In this document: positions 18,419 through 31,045 of the stretch, in pieces | Numbering within the stretch: position 1 is the first letter of the stretch | Layout: the number at the start of each line of letters is the position of its first letter | From: Rhizobacter sp. | Lineage (GTDB): Bacteria > Pseudomonadota > Gammaproteobacteria > Burkholderiales > Burkholderiaceae_C | NCBI GenBank assembly: GCA_032229685.1 | Contig: JAVTWP010000031.1 | Reading direction: 5' to 3' (one strand) | DNA: 64,000 bases | Translations under genes and position numbers: made by a program | The notes under the pieces: generated by a model | What the model was told of the DNA's origin: nothing | Seen by the model: only the letters and a program-made list of their open reading frames with translations | The model's database searches: none

Positions 18419-21400
18419 GCGGCCCGAACGTGACCCCCGAAGAACCCGCACAACCCGCAGCGCACGCGGGCACGCCTTCGCGTTTCAACATCTCGCGCTG
18501 GGCGCTAGACCATTCGGCGCTGACGCGTTACCTGCTGATCGTTCTGATGGTGCTGGGCTCGGTTGCCTACTTCCAGCTCGGCCAGGACGAAGACCCGCCG
18601 TTCACCTTCCGTGCGATGGCCCTGCGCGTGTTCTGGCCCGGTGCCACCGCGCAGCAGGTGGCCGAGCAGGTGACCGACAAGCTCGAGAAGACGCTCCAGG
18701 AAGTGCCGTATTCCGACAAGATCCGCAGCTACTCCAAGCCGGGCGAAGCGCTGATCATCTTCCAGGTGCGCGACTCGTCGCCGCCGAAGGAGATGGCGCA
18801 GATCTGGTACACGGTGCGCAAGAAGATCGGCGACATGCGCGCCACCTTGCCGGCCGGCGTGATCGGCCCGTTTTTCAACGACGAGTTCGGTGACGTCTAC
18901 GGTTCGATCTACGCACTCTCGGCCGACGGCTTCACCTACCAGGAGCTGAAAGACCAGGCCGACCGCGTGCGCCAGCGCCTGCTGAAGGTGAAAGACGTCA
19001 ACAAGGTCGCGGTGTTCGGTGCCCAGGACGAAAAGCTCTTCGTCGAGATTTCGCAGAAGCGGCTGGCGCAACTGGGCCTGGACTTCAACACCGTGCTGGC
19101 GCAGATCGGCCAGCAGAACGCCGTGGAATCTGCCGGCACGATCAACGGGCCGACCGACTCCGTGCAGGTGCGGGTGGGCGGGCAGTTCAACTCGGTCGAA
19201 CAACTGCGCGCGTTCACGATCCGGGCCGGTGGCAACAGCTTCAGGCTCGGCGACATCGCGCAGGTGCAGCGGGCCTATGTCGACCCGCCGCAGGTGAAAG
19301 TGCGCCACCAGGGCCACGAGGTCATCGCGCTCGGCATCTCGATGGCCAAGGGCGGCGACATCATCGACATGGGCAAGGCGCTGCAGGGCGTCACGGCCGA
19401 GATCCGCGCCGACCTGCCTGCAGGCATCGAACTGCACCAGTTCCAGAACCAGTCGAAGGTCGTGTCGACGTCGGTGGGCGAATTCGTGCGCGTATTGATC
19501 GAAGCCGTGGTCATCGTGCTGCTGGTGAGCTTCATCAGCCTGGGCCTGCACTTCAAGCCGAACTCGTGGAAGTTCACGATCGACTGGCGGCCCGGCATGG
19601 TGGTGGGCGTGACCATCCCGCTGGTGCTGGCGATCACCTTCGTGACCATGTACTACTGGGGCGTGGGCCTGCACAAGATCTCGCTCGGCTCGCTGATCAT
19701 CGCGCTCGGGCTGCTGGTCGACGACGCGATCATCGCGGTCGAGATGATGGTGCGCAAGCTGGAGGAGGGCTACGACAAGGTGCGCGCCGCGACCTTCGCG
19801 TACGAAGCCACCGCCATGCCGATGCTGACCGGCACGCTGATCACCGCGGTGGGTTTCCTGCCGATCGGCCTGGCGCAGTCGACCGTCGGCGAGTACACCT
19901 TCGCGATCTTCGCGGTCACGGCCGCGGCACTGCTGATCTCGTGGCTGGTGTCGGTGTACTTCGTGCCCTACCTCGGCACCCGCATCCTGAAGGTCAGCCC
20001 GCACGCGGGCGTGGCTGGTGAACCGCACGAACTCTTCGACACGCCGTTCTATTCGCGTTTTCGCGCCACGGTGAACTGGTGCGTGAAGCACCGCTGGATC
20101 ACGATCGGGCTGACCATCGGCACGCTGGTGCTCGGGCTGCTGGGCATGGGCAAGGTGCAGAACCAGTTCTTCCCCGATTCGAGCCGGCCCGAGATCCTGG
20201 TGGACCTCTGGTACCCCGAAGGCACTTCTTACGCCGCCAACGAAGCGGTCACCAAACGCGTCGAAGCGCGGGTGATGAACCTCGAAGGTGTTGACCACGT
20301 CACCACCTGGGTCGGCAGCGGCGCCGAACGTTTCGTGCTCGTGCTCGACCAGATCTTCCCGCAGAGCAACGCGAGCCAGATGGTCGTGCTGCCCAAGGAC
20401 ATGGCCTCGCGCGAACGGCTGCGCAAGCTGCTGCCGGAACTTCTGGCGACCGAATTCCCGGAAGTGCGCGGCCGCGCCAAGCTGTTGCCCAACGGCCCGC
20501 CGGTGCCTTACCCGGTGCAGTTTCGCGTCGTCGGCCCCGACCCGGCCAAGGTGCGTGCCTATGCCGACGAGGTGAAGGCGATCATGCGCGGCAACCCGAA
20601 CCTGCGCGGCATCAACGACAACTGGAACGAGTCGGTCAAGGTGATCAGGCTCGAGGTCGACCAGGACAAGGCGCGCGCTCTCGGCGTCTCGAGCCAGTCG
20701 ATCGCGCAGGCGGCGCGCACGATCAATACCGGCACGACGATCGGCCAGTACCGCGACGGCGACAAGCTGATCGACATCGTGTTGCGCCAGCCCCTCGACG
20801 AGCGCGACGCGCTCACCGACTTGGGCAACGGCTACCTGCCCACGACGAGCGGCCGCAGCATCCCGATCAGCCAGATCGCGAAAGCCAACTTCGTGTGGGA
20901 GCCGGGCGTGCTTTGGCGAGAAGGGCGCGACTACGCGGCCACCGTGCAAGGCGACATCATCGAAGGCCTGCAAGGTGCCACCGTGACGGCACAACTCGAC
21001 CCCTTGTTCAAGCCGGTGCGCGACAAGATGCTGCCCGGCTACCGCATCGAGGTGGCCGGAGCCGTCGAAGAAAGCAGCAAGGGCCAGGGCTCGATCGCGG
21101 CCGGTGCGCCGCTGATGCTCTTCATCATGTTCACGCTGCTGATGCTGCAACTGCACAGTTTCAGCCGCTCGGTGCTCGTGTTCCTGACGGCGCCGCTCGG
21201 CATTGCCGGCGTGGCTGGAGCCCTGCTGGTGCTGAACCGCCCGTTCGGTTTCGTGGCGCTGCTCGGCGTGATTGCGCTGATGGGCATGATCATGCGGAAC
21301 TCGGTGATCCTGATCGACCAGATCGAACAGGACCGCGAGCGTGGTGTGCCAGCCTGGACGGCGGTGGTCGAAGCGGCGGTCCGGCGCTGCCGCCCGATCA

Positions 21401-21594
21401 TCCTGACCGCGGCGGCGGCGGTGCTGGCGATGATCCCGCTGTCGCGCAGCGTGTTCTGGGGCCCGATGGCCGTGGCCATCATGGGGGGCCTGCTCGTGGC
21501 GACCGCGCTGACGCTGCTGTCGTTGCCGGCCATGTACGCGGCCTGGTTCCGCGTCAAACCGGCCAGAGCCGAAACGGCGCCCGCGAACGGCTAA
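18415..21594 (+). CDS. RND efflux permease (HAE1; MexK/TriC-like)
   Basis: EDPPFTFR, FFNDEFGD, GLLVDDAIIAVE (TM4), GMIMRNSVILIDQI (R in place of AcrB K940, as in MexK-type pumps), RCRPIILT. The GTG start overlaps the upstream stop. Confidence 0.92.
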   Translation: MSGPNVTPEEPAQPAAHAGTPSRFNISRWALDHSALTRYLLIVLMVLGSVAYFQLGQDEDPPFTFRAMALRVFWPGATAQQVAEQVTDKLEKTLQEVPYSDKIRSYSKPGEALIIFQVRDSSPPKEMAQIWYTVRKKIGDMRATLPAGVIGPFFNDEFGDVYGSIYALSADGFTYQELKDQADRVRQRLLKVKDVNKVAVFGAQDEKLFVEISQKRLAQLGLDFNTVLAQIGQQNAVESAGTINGPTDSVQVRVGGQFNSVEQLRAFTIRAGGNSFRLGDIAQVQRAYVDPPQVKVRHQGHEVIALGISMAKGGDIIDMGKALQGVTAEIRADLPAGIELHQFQNQSKVVSTSVGEFVRVLIEAVVIVLLVSFISLGLHFKPNSWKFTIDWRPGMVVGVTIPLVLAITFVTMYYWGVGLHKISLGSLIIALGLLVDDAIIAVEMMVRKLEEGYDKVRAATFAYEATAMPMLTGTLITAVGFLPIGLAQSTVGEYTFAIFAVTAAALLISWLVSVYFVPYLGTRILKVSPHAGVAGEPHELFDTPFYSRFRATVNWCVKHRWITIGLTIGTLVLGLLGMGKVQNQFFPDSSRPEILVDLWYPEGTSYAANEAVTKRVEARVMNLEGVDHVTTWVGSGAERFVLVLDQIFPQSNASQMVVLPKDMASRERLRKLLPELLATEFPEVRGRAKLLPNGPPVPYPVQFRVVGPDPAKVRAYADEVKAIMRGNPNLRGINDNWNESVKVIRLEVDQDKARALGVSSQSIAQAARTINTGTTIGQYRDGDKLIDIVLRQPLDERDALTDLGNGYLPTTSGRSIPISQIAKANFVWEPGVLWREGRDYAATVQGDIIEGLQGATVTAQLDPLFKPVRDKMLPGYRIEVAGAVEESSKGQGSIAAGAPLMLFIMFTLLMLQLHSFSRSVLVFLTAPLGIAGVAGALLVLNRPFGFVALLGVIALMGMIMRNSVILIDQIEQDRERGVPAWTAVVEAAVRRCRPIILTAAAAVLAMIPLSRSVFWGPMAVAIMGGLLVATALTLLSLPAMYAAWFRVKPARAETAPANG

Positions 21595-21659
21595 AATCCG
21601 CAGTTCGCCGAGAAGGCCGGGTCGGGTGGAAGGGTTTTCCGCCGGGCCGCAGGCCGTTC

Positions 21660-21746
21660 GCGCGGGTGGCGAAATTGGTAGACGCACCAGGTTTAGGTCC
21701 TGACGCCAGCAATGGTGTGCGGGTTCGAGTCCCGCCCCGCGCACCA
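21660..21746 (+). tRNA. tRNA-Leu(UAG)
   Basis: Acceptor GCGCGGG/CCCGCGC-A-CCA, D-loop GAAATTGGTAGAC, anticodon loop TT-TAG-GT (21694-21696), long variable arm, GGTTCGAGT; 87 nt. Confidence 0.95.
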
Positions 21747-21774
21747 GCAATGAAATTTACAGAGCTCAAACACC

Positions 21775-23082
21775 ATGTCCGTTCAAGTTGAAACCCTCGA
21801 TAAGCTCGAGCGCCGCATCACGCTGACGCTGGCTGCCACCACGATCAACAGCGAGGTCGAGACCCGGCTGAAGAAGCTGTCGCGCACCGTCAAGGCCGAC
21901 GGGTTCCGCCCGGGCAAGGTGCCGATGAGCGTGGTCGCGCAGCGTTACGGCTACTCGGTCCATTACGAAGTGATGAACGACAAGGTCGGCCAGGTGTTCT
22001 CCGAGGCCGTCAACGAGGCCAAGCTGCGGGTGGCTGGTGCCCCGCGCATCACCGAGAAAGAGGGCGCGGCAGAAGGCCAGGTCGCCTTCGACGCCACCTT
22101 CGAGGTCTATCCGGACATCAAGGTCGGTGACCTGAGCGGCGCCGAAGTCGAACGTGTGTCGACCGAGGTGACCGATGCTGCCATCGACAAGACGATCGAC
22201 ATCCTGCGCAAGCAGCGCCGCACCTTCGCACAGCGCCCGGCGGTTGAGCCGGCGGTGCTGGGTGACCGCGTGACGATCGACTTCGAAGGCAAGATCGACG
22301 GCGTGCCGTTCGACGGCGGCAAGGCCGAGGCGTTCCAGTTCCTGATCGGCGAAGGCCAGATGCTCGAGCAGTTCGATGCCGCCGTGCGTGGCATGAAGTC
22401 GGGCGAGTCCAAGACCTTCCCGCTGCAGTTCCCGGCCGACTACCAGGGGCAGGACGTGGCTGGCAAGGAAGCCGACTTCCTCGTCACGCTGAAGAAGATC
22501 GAGTCGCAGAACCTGCCCGAGGTGAACGAGGCGTTTGCCAAGTCGCTCGGCATCGGCGACGCCACGGTCGAAGGGCTGCGCAACGACGTGCGCAAGAACC
22601 TCGAGCGCGAAGTGAAGTTCCGCGTGCTGGCGCGCAACAAGGCCAATGTGATGGACGCGCTGGTCAAAGCTTCGGAGCTCGACGTGCCGAAGGCGCTGGT
22701 CAGCGGCGAAGTCGAGCGCATGACCGAAGCGGCGCGCGCCGACCTGAAGAAGCGCGGCGTGAAGGACGCCGACACGGCGCCGATTCCGGCCGAGATCTTC
22801 CAACCGCAGGCCGAGAAGCGCGTGCGTCTGGGCCTCGTCGTCGGCGAACTCGTGCGCAGCAACAACCTGCAGGCCAAGCCCGACCAGTTGCAGGCACACA
22901 TCGAAGAGATGGCGCAGAGCTACGAAAAGCCGGCCGAAGTGGTGCGCTGGTACCTGGGCGACCGCCAGCGGCTGGCCGAAGTCGAGGCCGTGGTGGTCGA
23001 AAACAACGTGGCGGCCTTCGTTCTGTCGAAGGCCAAGGTCAACGACAAGGTTCTGCCGTTCGACGAACTGATGGCGAACTGA
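21775..23082 (+). CDS. tig: Trigger factor
   Basis: Ribosome-binding GFRPGK motif; FKBP-like domain (DRVTIDFEG...FPADY). Confidence 0.96.
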   Translation: MSVQVETLDKLERRITLTLAATTINSEVETRLKKLSRTVKADGFRPGKVPMSVVAQRYGYSVHYEVMNDKVGQVFSEAVNEAKLRVAGAPRITEKEGAAEGQVAFDATFEVYPDIKVGDLSGAEVERVSTEVTDAAIDKTIDILRKQRRTFAQRPAVEPAVLGDRVTIDFEGKIDGVPFDGGKAEAFQFLIGEGQMLEQFDAAVRGMKSGESKTFPLQFPADYQGQDVAGKEADFLVTLKKIESQNLPEVNEAFAKSLGIGDATVEGLRNDVRKNLEREVKFRVLARNKANVMDALVKASELDVPKALVSGEVERMTEAARADLKKRGVKDADTAPIPAEIFQPQAEKRVRLGLVVGELVRSNNLQAKPDQLQAHIEEMAQSYEKPAEVVRWYLGDRQRLAEVEAVVVENNVAAFVLSKAKVNDKVLPFDELMAN

Positions 23083-23101
23083 TTTCCGGATCTGTCTCGC
23101 G

Positions 23102-23133
23102 AGAGCGCCGTGCCGCGAGGCCGGCGCTCTTTT
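23102..23133 (+). terminator. Intrinsic terminator after tig
   Basis: AGAGCGCCG ... CGGCGCTCT followed by TTT. Confidence 0.65.
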
Positions 23134-23221
23134 GCGTTGCGGCGAACGATTCCCGCGCTTCGCTCTTGTGGCGACATAATCGATCCCAACCTATCGTCCA
23201 TCTCCCTCTGCAAGGAAAGCC

Positions 23222-23851
23222 ATGAGCGCGCTTGATACCAACGGTCTGGGCATGGTCCCGATCGTCATCGAAACCTCCGGCCGCGGTGAGCGCGCCTACG
23301 ACATCTACAGCCGACTGCTGCGCGAGCGTGTGATCTTCCTGGTCGGCCCGGTGAACGACCAGACCGCCAACCTCGTGGTCGCCCAGATGTTGTTCCTGGA
23401 AAGCGAAAACCCCGACAAGGACATTTCGCTCTACATCAACTCGCCGGGCGGCTCGGTGAGCGCTGGCCTGTCGATCTTCGACACCATGCAGTTCATCAAG
23501 CCCGACGTGTCGACGCTGTGCATGGGCGTCGCCGCCAGCATGGGCTCGTTCCTGCTGATGGCGGGTGCGAAGGGCAAACGCTTCGCGTTGCCGAATTCGC
23601 GCGTGATGATTCACCAGCCGTCGGGTGGCGCCCAAGGCCAGGCGACCGACATCGAGATCCATGCCCGCGAGATCCTGAAGACACGCGAGCAGCTCAACCA
23701 GATCTACGCCGAACGCACCGGGCAGAGCATCGAGAAGATCCGTTCCGACATGGAACGTGACTTTTTCATGAACCCGGAAGAATCGAAGGCCTACGGCCTG
23801 ATCGACCAGGTGTTGCTGCACCGCGCCACGCCGCCCGCTGCCGCGGGCTGA
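23222..23851 (+). CDS. clpP: ATP-dependent Clp protease proteolytic subunit
   Basis: [22 protein letters not shown] (catalytic Ser), MIHQP (His), ERDFFM (Asp). Confidence 0.97.
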   Translation: MSALDTNGLGMVPIVIETSGRGERAYDIYSRLLRERVIFLVGPVNDQTANLVVAQMLFLESENPDKDISLYINSPGGSVSAGLSIFDTMQFIKPDVSTLCMGVAASMGSFLLMAGAKGKRFALPNSRVMIHQPSGGAQGQATDIEIHAREILKTREQLNQIYAERTGQSIEKIRSDMERDFFMNPEESKAYGLIDQVLLHRATPPAAAG

Positions 23852-23900
23852 TTCCGGCCGACCGGTGGCGCCGGCCGAGAGCCTGCGCAACAACACCACG

Positions 23901-23939
23901 AACGGGGCCTTTCTTCGCCGGAAGGCCCCGTTTTCTTTT
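23901..23939 (+). terminator. Intrinsic terminator between clpP and clpX
   Basis: 11-bp stem AACGGGGCCTT/AAGGCCCCGTT followed by TTCTTTT. Confidence 0.8.
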
Positions 23940-23991
23940 GAACTATCATCCGTTCAACACTCCTGCCACGCCCTGAGAAACCCCCACTTTT

Positions 23992-25257
23992 ATGGCCGAC
24001 AAAAAAGGCTCGTCGAGCGAAAAGGTTCTGTACTGCTCGTTCTGTGGCAAGAGCCAGCACGAGGTGAAGAAGCTGATCGCCGGCCCGTCGGTGTTCATCT
24101 GCGACGAGTGCATCGAGCTGTGCAACGACATCATTCGCGATGAAGTGCCGGCCGAGGGCGCAGAAACCAAACCGGCCAAGTCGGACCTGCCGGTGCCGAG
24201 CGAGATCAAGGCCAGCCTCGACCAGTACGTGATCGGACAGGACGTGGCCAAGCGCACCTTGTCGGTCGCGGTCTACAACCACTACAAGCGGCTCAAGCAC
24301 ATGAGCCGCACCAAAGACGAGATCGAGCTCGCCAAGAGCAACATCCTGCTGATCGGGCCCACCGGTTCCGGCAAGACGCTCCTGGCGCAGACGCTGGCGC
24401 GCCTGCTCAACGTGCCCTTCGTGATCGCCGACGCCACCACACTCACCGAAGCCGGCTACGTGGGCGAAGACGTCGAGAACATCATCCAGAAGCTGCTGCA
24501 GAACTGCGGCTACGACGTCGACAAGGCGCAGCGAGGCATCGTCTACATCGACGAGATCGACAAGATCAGCCGCAAGGCCGACAACCCGTCGATCACGCGC
24601 GACGTGTCGGGTGAAGGTGTGCAGCAGGCCTTGCTGAAGCTGGTCGAAGGCACGATGGCTTCGGTGCCGCCGCAGGGCGGGCGCAAGCACCCGAACCAGG
24701 ACTTTCTGCAGATCGACACGACCAACATCCTCTTCATCTGCGGCGGCGCTTTCGACGGTCTCGAGAAAGTCATTCAGAACCGCTCTGAAAAGTCGGGCAT
24801 CGGCTTCGGTGCCACCGTTCACGCGAAGAGCGAGAAGCGCGTTTCCGAGGTGTTCCGCGACGTCGAACCTGAAGACCTGATCAAGTTCGGGCTGATCCCC
24901 GAGCTCGTCGGCCGCCTTCCGGTGGTCGCCACGCTGGGCGAACTGACCGACGACGCGCTGGTGCGCATCCTCACGGAACCGAAGAACGCGCTTGTGAAGC
25001 AGTACCAGAAGCTGTTCGCGATGGACGGCGTGGAACTCGAGATTCGCCCGTCTGCGCTGCAGGCGATCGCCCGCAAGGCGCTCAAGCGCAAGATCGGTGC
25101 GCGCGGACTGCGCTCGATCATGGAGCAATCGCTGATCGACACGATGTTCGATTTGCCCACACTCGACGGCGTGGCCAAGGTCGTGCTGGACGAACACACG
25201 ATCGAAGACGAAGCCAAACCCTTGCTCGTCTACCGAGAGCAGAAAGCGAGCGCCTGA
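23992..25257 (+). CDS. clpX: ATP-dependent Clp protease ATP-binding subunit
   Basis: C4 zinc finger CSFC...CDECIELC, Walker [22 protein letters not shown] loop. Confidence 0.97.
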   Translation: MADKKGSSSEKVLYCSFCGKSQHEVKKLIAGPSVFICDECIELCNDIIRDEVPAEGAETKPAKSDLPVPSEIKASLDQYVIGQDVAKRTLSVAVYNHYKRLKHMSRTKDEIELAKSNILLIGPTGSGKTLLAQTLARLLNVPFVIADATTLTEAGYVGEDVENIIQKLLQNCGYDVDKAQRGIVYIDEIDKISRKADNPSITRDVSGEGVQQALLKLVEGTMASVPPQGGRKHPNQDFLQIDTTNILFICGGAFDGLEKVIQNRSEKSGIGFGATVHAKSEKRVSEVFRDVEPEDLIKFGLIPELVGRLPVVATLGELTDDALVRILTEPKNALVKQYQKLFAMDGVELEIRPSALQAIARKALKRKIGARGLRSIMEQSLIDTMFDLPTLDGVAKVVLDEHTIEDEAKPLLVYREQKASA

Positions 25258-25313
25258 AGCGCGTTCGAACCCGCAGTCCGGCCCCAGCCAGCGGCTTCGC
25301 GCCGCCACGGCTT

Positions 25314-25341
25314 CTTGCAATTGATCGCTCAAGCCCTACAT
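25314..25341 (+). promoter_or_regulatory. Possible sigma32 (RpoH) promoter for lon
   Basis: CTTGCA, 14-bp spacer, CCCTACAT resembles the CTTGAA-N13-15-CCCCATNT consensus; lon is an established RpoH target. Confidence 0.5.
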
Positions 25342-25367
25342 CGGTTTGAGAAAGAGAGGATTCCTCA

Positions 25368-27791
<2,424 letters not shown>

Positions 27792-27809
27792 CGTACAAAA
27801 GGCGGCTTG

Positions 27810-27839
27810 TTGCCAAGAGGCCGCTTATCGGCATATAAT
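27810..27839 (+). promoter_or_regulatory. sigma70 promoter for tRNA-Gly
   Basis: TTGCCA (27810-27815), 18-bp spacer, TATAAT (27834-27839), GC-rich discriminator. Confidence 0.7.
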
Positions 27840-27866
27840 GCGAGCTCTGCTGAAAACGCAGAACAT

Positions 27867-27942
27867 GCGGGAGTAGCTCAGTTGGTAGAGCGCAACCTTG
27901 CCAAGGTTGAGGTCGAGAGTTCGAGACTCTTCTCCCGCTCCA
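27867..27942 (+). tRNA. tRNA-Gly(GCC)
   Basis: GCGGGAGTAGCTCAGTTGGTAGAGC; anticodon arm CAACC-TTGCCAA-GGTTG; TTCGAGA; ends CTCCCGC-T-CCA; 76 nt. Confidence 0.96.
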
Positions 27943-27948
27943 GATCTG

Positions 27949-27977
27949 AAAAAGGGAAGCCGAGTGCTTCCCTTTTT
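27949..27977. terminator. Bidirectional-looking intrinsic terminator after tRNA-Gly
   Basis: AAAAAGGGAAGC-CGAGT-GCTTCCCTTTTT perfect stem with A and T tracts. Confidence 0.75.
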
Positions 27978-28016
27978 CCTGTCTAGAATTGCTGTGCCGG
28001 GAAAGCCCGGCATCGT

Positions 28017-28090
28017 GGCGCGATAGCAAAGCGGTTATGCACCGGATTGCAAATCCGATCAGCCGAGTTCGACTCTCGGTCGCGCCTCCA
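28017..28090 (+). tRNA. tRNA-Cys(GCA)
   Basis: GGCGCGATAGCAAAGCGG; anticodon loop TT-GCA-AA; GTTCGACTC; ends CGCGCC-T-CCA; 74 nt. Confidence 0.95.
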
Positions 28091-28160
28091 GTCTCAAGGC
28101 CTCGCGTCAATGCGGGGCCTTCGTCTTTCTGGATCGAAGCGGCGCCGATAATCGCGTGCC

Positions 28161-28252
28161 GCCCGGGTGGTGAAACTGGTATACACAGCGGACTTAAAAT
28201 CCGCCGCCTCTCGAAAGAGGGCATGCGGGTTCAAGCCCCGCCCCGGGCACCA
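28161..28252 (+). tRNA. tRNA-Leu(UAA)
   Basis: Acceptor GCCCGGG/CCCGGGC-A-CCA; anticodon arm GCGGA-CTTAAAA-TCCGC; long variable arm CCTCTCGAAAGAGG; 92 nt. Confidence 0.94.
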
Positions 28253-28268
28253 CGCTCTCGCTTGAAGA

Positions 28269-29096
28269 TCAAGGCGTGATGCGCGAAGCCTCGGTCGCCT
28301 CGCCGAGCCACGCGCTGGCGATGCGTTTCAATTGATCGGCATCGCCGGTGGTTTGCAACAACAGCGGAGCGGCTTGCTGGCCCGTGCTCGCGACCGACCC
28401 GTGTGACTCGCCGATGCGCGCAACCTGGCGCGCCACGGCTGCGGCGGTATCGATGATCTGCACGGTCGCGCCCAGTGCCTCTTGTATCTGGGGCCGCACG
28501 AACGAGTAGTGCGTGCAGCCGAGCACCACCGTGTCGACCTCTGCTTCGCGCAGCGGCCGAGTGTGCCGTTCCACCTGCAAGCGCACTTCGCGCGCATCCG
28601 CAGAGCCTTGCTCGATCGCCGCCGCCAGGCCGTCACAGGCGCGCAGGTGCAGAGGTACCCGGGGCGCGAGCGACGCGACGAGGCGTTCGAACTTCTCGCT
28701 GTTCAGCGTGCCACGCGTAGCCATGACGCCGACGCGCCCGCTGCGTGTGGCCGCGAGCGCCGGCTTGATGCCGGGTTCGACCCCGACGATGGGCATGTTC
28801 GGCCAGGCCTCGCGCAACGCTTGCGCTGCGATGGCCGTGGCGGTGTTGCAGGCGATGACGATGATGCTTGCGCCGCTGTCGATCAAGTGCGATGCCACGG
28901 CCAGTGACCGAGCCAGCACGTGCGCGTCGCTGCGCTCGCCGTAAGGCGCATGGCCCGAGTCGGCCACATAGTGCAGGTGGGCGCCGGGCCACTGCGCGCG
29001 CAGTTCGCGCAGCACCGACAGCCCGCCCACGCCGGAATCGAAGACGCCGATGCGCGAATGGCTGGCGTGTGAAGGAGCAGCGATGTCAGTCGGCAT
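28269..29096 (-). CDS. murI: Glutamate racemase
   Basis: IGVFDSGVGGLSV, PYGERS, VIACNTATA and VLGCTHY (both catalytic Cys). Confidence 0.96.
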   Translation of the reverse strand: MPTDIAAPSHASHSRIGVFDSGVGGLSVLRELRAQWPGAHLHYVADSGHAPYGERSDAHVLARSLAVASHLIDSGASIIVIACNTATAIAAQALREAWPNMPIVGVEPGIKPALAATRSGRVGVMATRGTLNSEKFERLVASLAPRVPLHLRACDGLAAAIEQGSADAREVRLQVERHTRPLREAEVDTVVLGCTHYSFVRPQIQEALGATVQIIDTAAAVARQVARIGESHGSVASTGQQAAPLLLQTTGDADQLKRIASAWLGEATEASRITP

Positions 29097-29165
29097 GGGC
29101 GAGGCGGGCGCAGTCTAGCAGCGGCGCCGTCGCGCGTTTGACCGTGGCCGGCCGACTCTGGGCTA

Positions 29166-29187
29166 AAATAGCACGATCGTTCTATTT
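29166..29187. promoter_or_regulatory. 22-bp palindromic operator upstream of etfBA (FadP-like TetR site)
   Basis: AAATAGCACGATCGTTCTATTT has a single mismatched pair, overlaps the -10 box TAAAAT (29164-29169), and resembles the FadP motif I recall for Burkholderiales fatty-acid-degradation genes. Confidence 0.65.
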
Positions 29188-29281
29188 GGCGTTGTCTGCC
29201 CGGCCGAGCTGAGGTTCGGCACGAGGTGCGCGAACTAGAATCAGGCCAACCCCAAAGCCCTATCTCCGAGGAGACCGTCGC

Positions 29282-30031
<750 letters not shown>

Positions 30032-30032
30032 G

Positions 30033-30968
30033 ATGGCAACGCTTGTGATTGCTGAACACGACAACAACACCGTCAAGGGTGCGACCCTGAATACCGTGAC
30101 CGCTGCGCTGCAATGCGGTGGCGACGTGCACGTGCTGATCGCCGGCGCCAACGCCACAGCGGCAGCCACCGCGGCGAGCCAGATCGCCGGTGTGAGCAAG
30201 GTGCTGCACGCCGATGCTGCGCAACTCGACCACGGTCTGGCCGAGAACATCGCGGCCCAGGTGATCGCGCTCGCCAAGAACTACAGCCACATCCTGTTCC
30301 CGGCCACGGCGGCCGGCAAGAACGTGGCCCCGCGCGTGGCCGCCAAGCTCGACGTGGGCCAGATCTCCGACATCACGAAGATCGACAGCCCCGACACCTT
30401 CGAGCGCCCGATCTACGCCGGCAACGCGATCGCCACGGTGCAGAGCCTCGACGCGATCAAGGTGATCACCGTGCGCACCACCGGCTTCGATCCGGCGGCC
30501 GCGACGGGTGGCTCCGCGGCCGTCGAGAGCGTCGCCGCGGCGGCCGACTCCGGCAAGAGCAGCTTCGTCGGCAGCGAGATCGCCAAGAACGACCGCCCCG
30601 AACTCACCGCCGCGAAGATCATCGTCTCGGGCGGCCGCGCGCTCGGCAGCAGCGACAAGTTCAACGAAGTGCTCACGCCGCTGGCCGACAAACTCGGTGC
30701 CGCACTCGGTGCGAGCCGCGCCGCTGTCGACGCCGGCTACGCGCCGAACGACTGGCAAGTGGGCCAGACCGGCAAGATCGTCGCGCCGCAGCTCTACATC
30801 GCGGCTGGCATCAGCGGCGCGATCCAGCACTTGGCGGGTATGAAAGACAGCAAGGTGATCGTCGCGATCAACAAAGACCCGGAAGCGCCGATCTTCAGCG
30901 TGGCCGACTATGGGCTCGAGGCCGACCTGTTCACCGCCGTGCCCGAACTGGTGGCTGCGCTCGGCTGA
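30033..30968 (+). CDS. etfA: Electron transfer flavoprotein alpha subunit
   Basis: [56 protein letters not shown]. Confidence 0.96.
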   Translation: MATLVIAEHDNNTVKGATLNTVTAALQCGGDVHVLIAGANATAAATAASQIAGVSKVLHADAAQLDHGLAENIAAQVIALAKNYSHILFPATAAGKNVAPRVAAKLDVGQISDITKIDSPDTFERPIYAGNAIATVQSLDAIKVITVRTTGFDPAAATGGSAAVESVAAAADSGKSSFVGSEIAKNDRPELTAAKIIVSGGRALGSSDKFNEVLTPLADKLGAALGASRAAVDAGYAPNDWQVGQTGKIVAPQLYIAAGISGAIQHLAGMKDSKVIVAINKDPEAPIFSVADYGLEADLFTAVPELVAALG

Positions 30969-31045
30969 CACGCGCACCGACAAGGCATGACCCACAGGGC
31001 GCGCAACGCGAGTTGACGCGCCCTCATTGCATCTGGAGACACACG

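Noticed and set aside
17279-21594. RND pump as the hopanoid transporter HpnN because it neighbours hpnCDE
   Set aside because: HpnN is an MMPL-type protein without an MFP partner. This permease has HAE1/MexK-type motifs and a cognate MFP.
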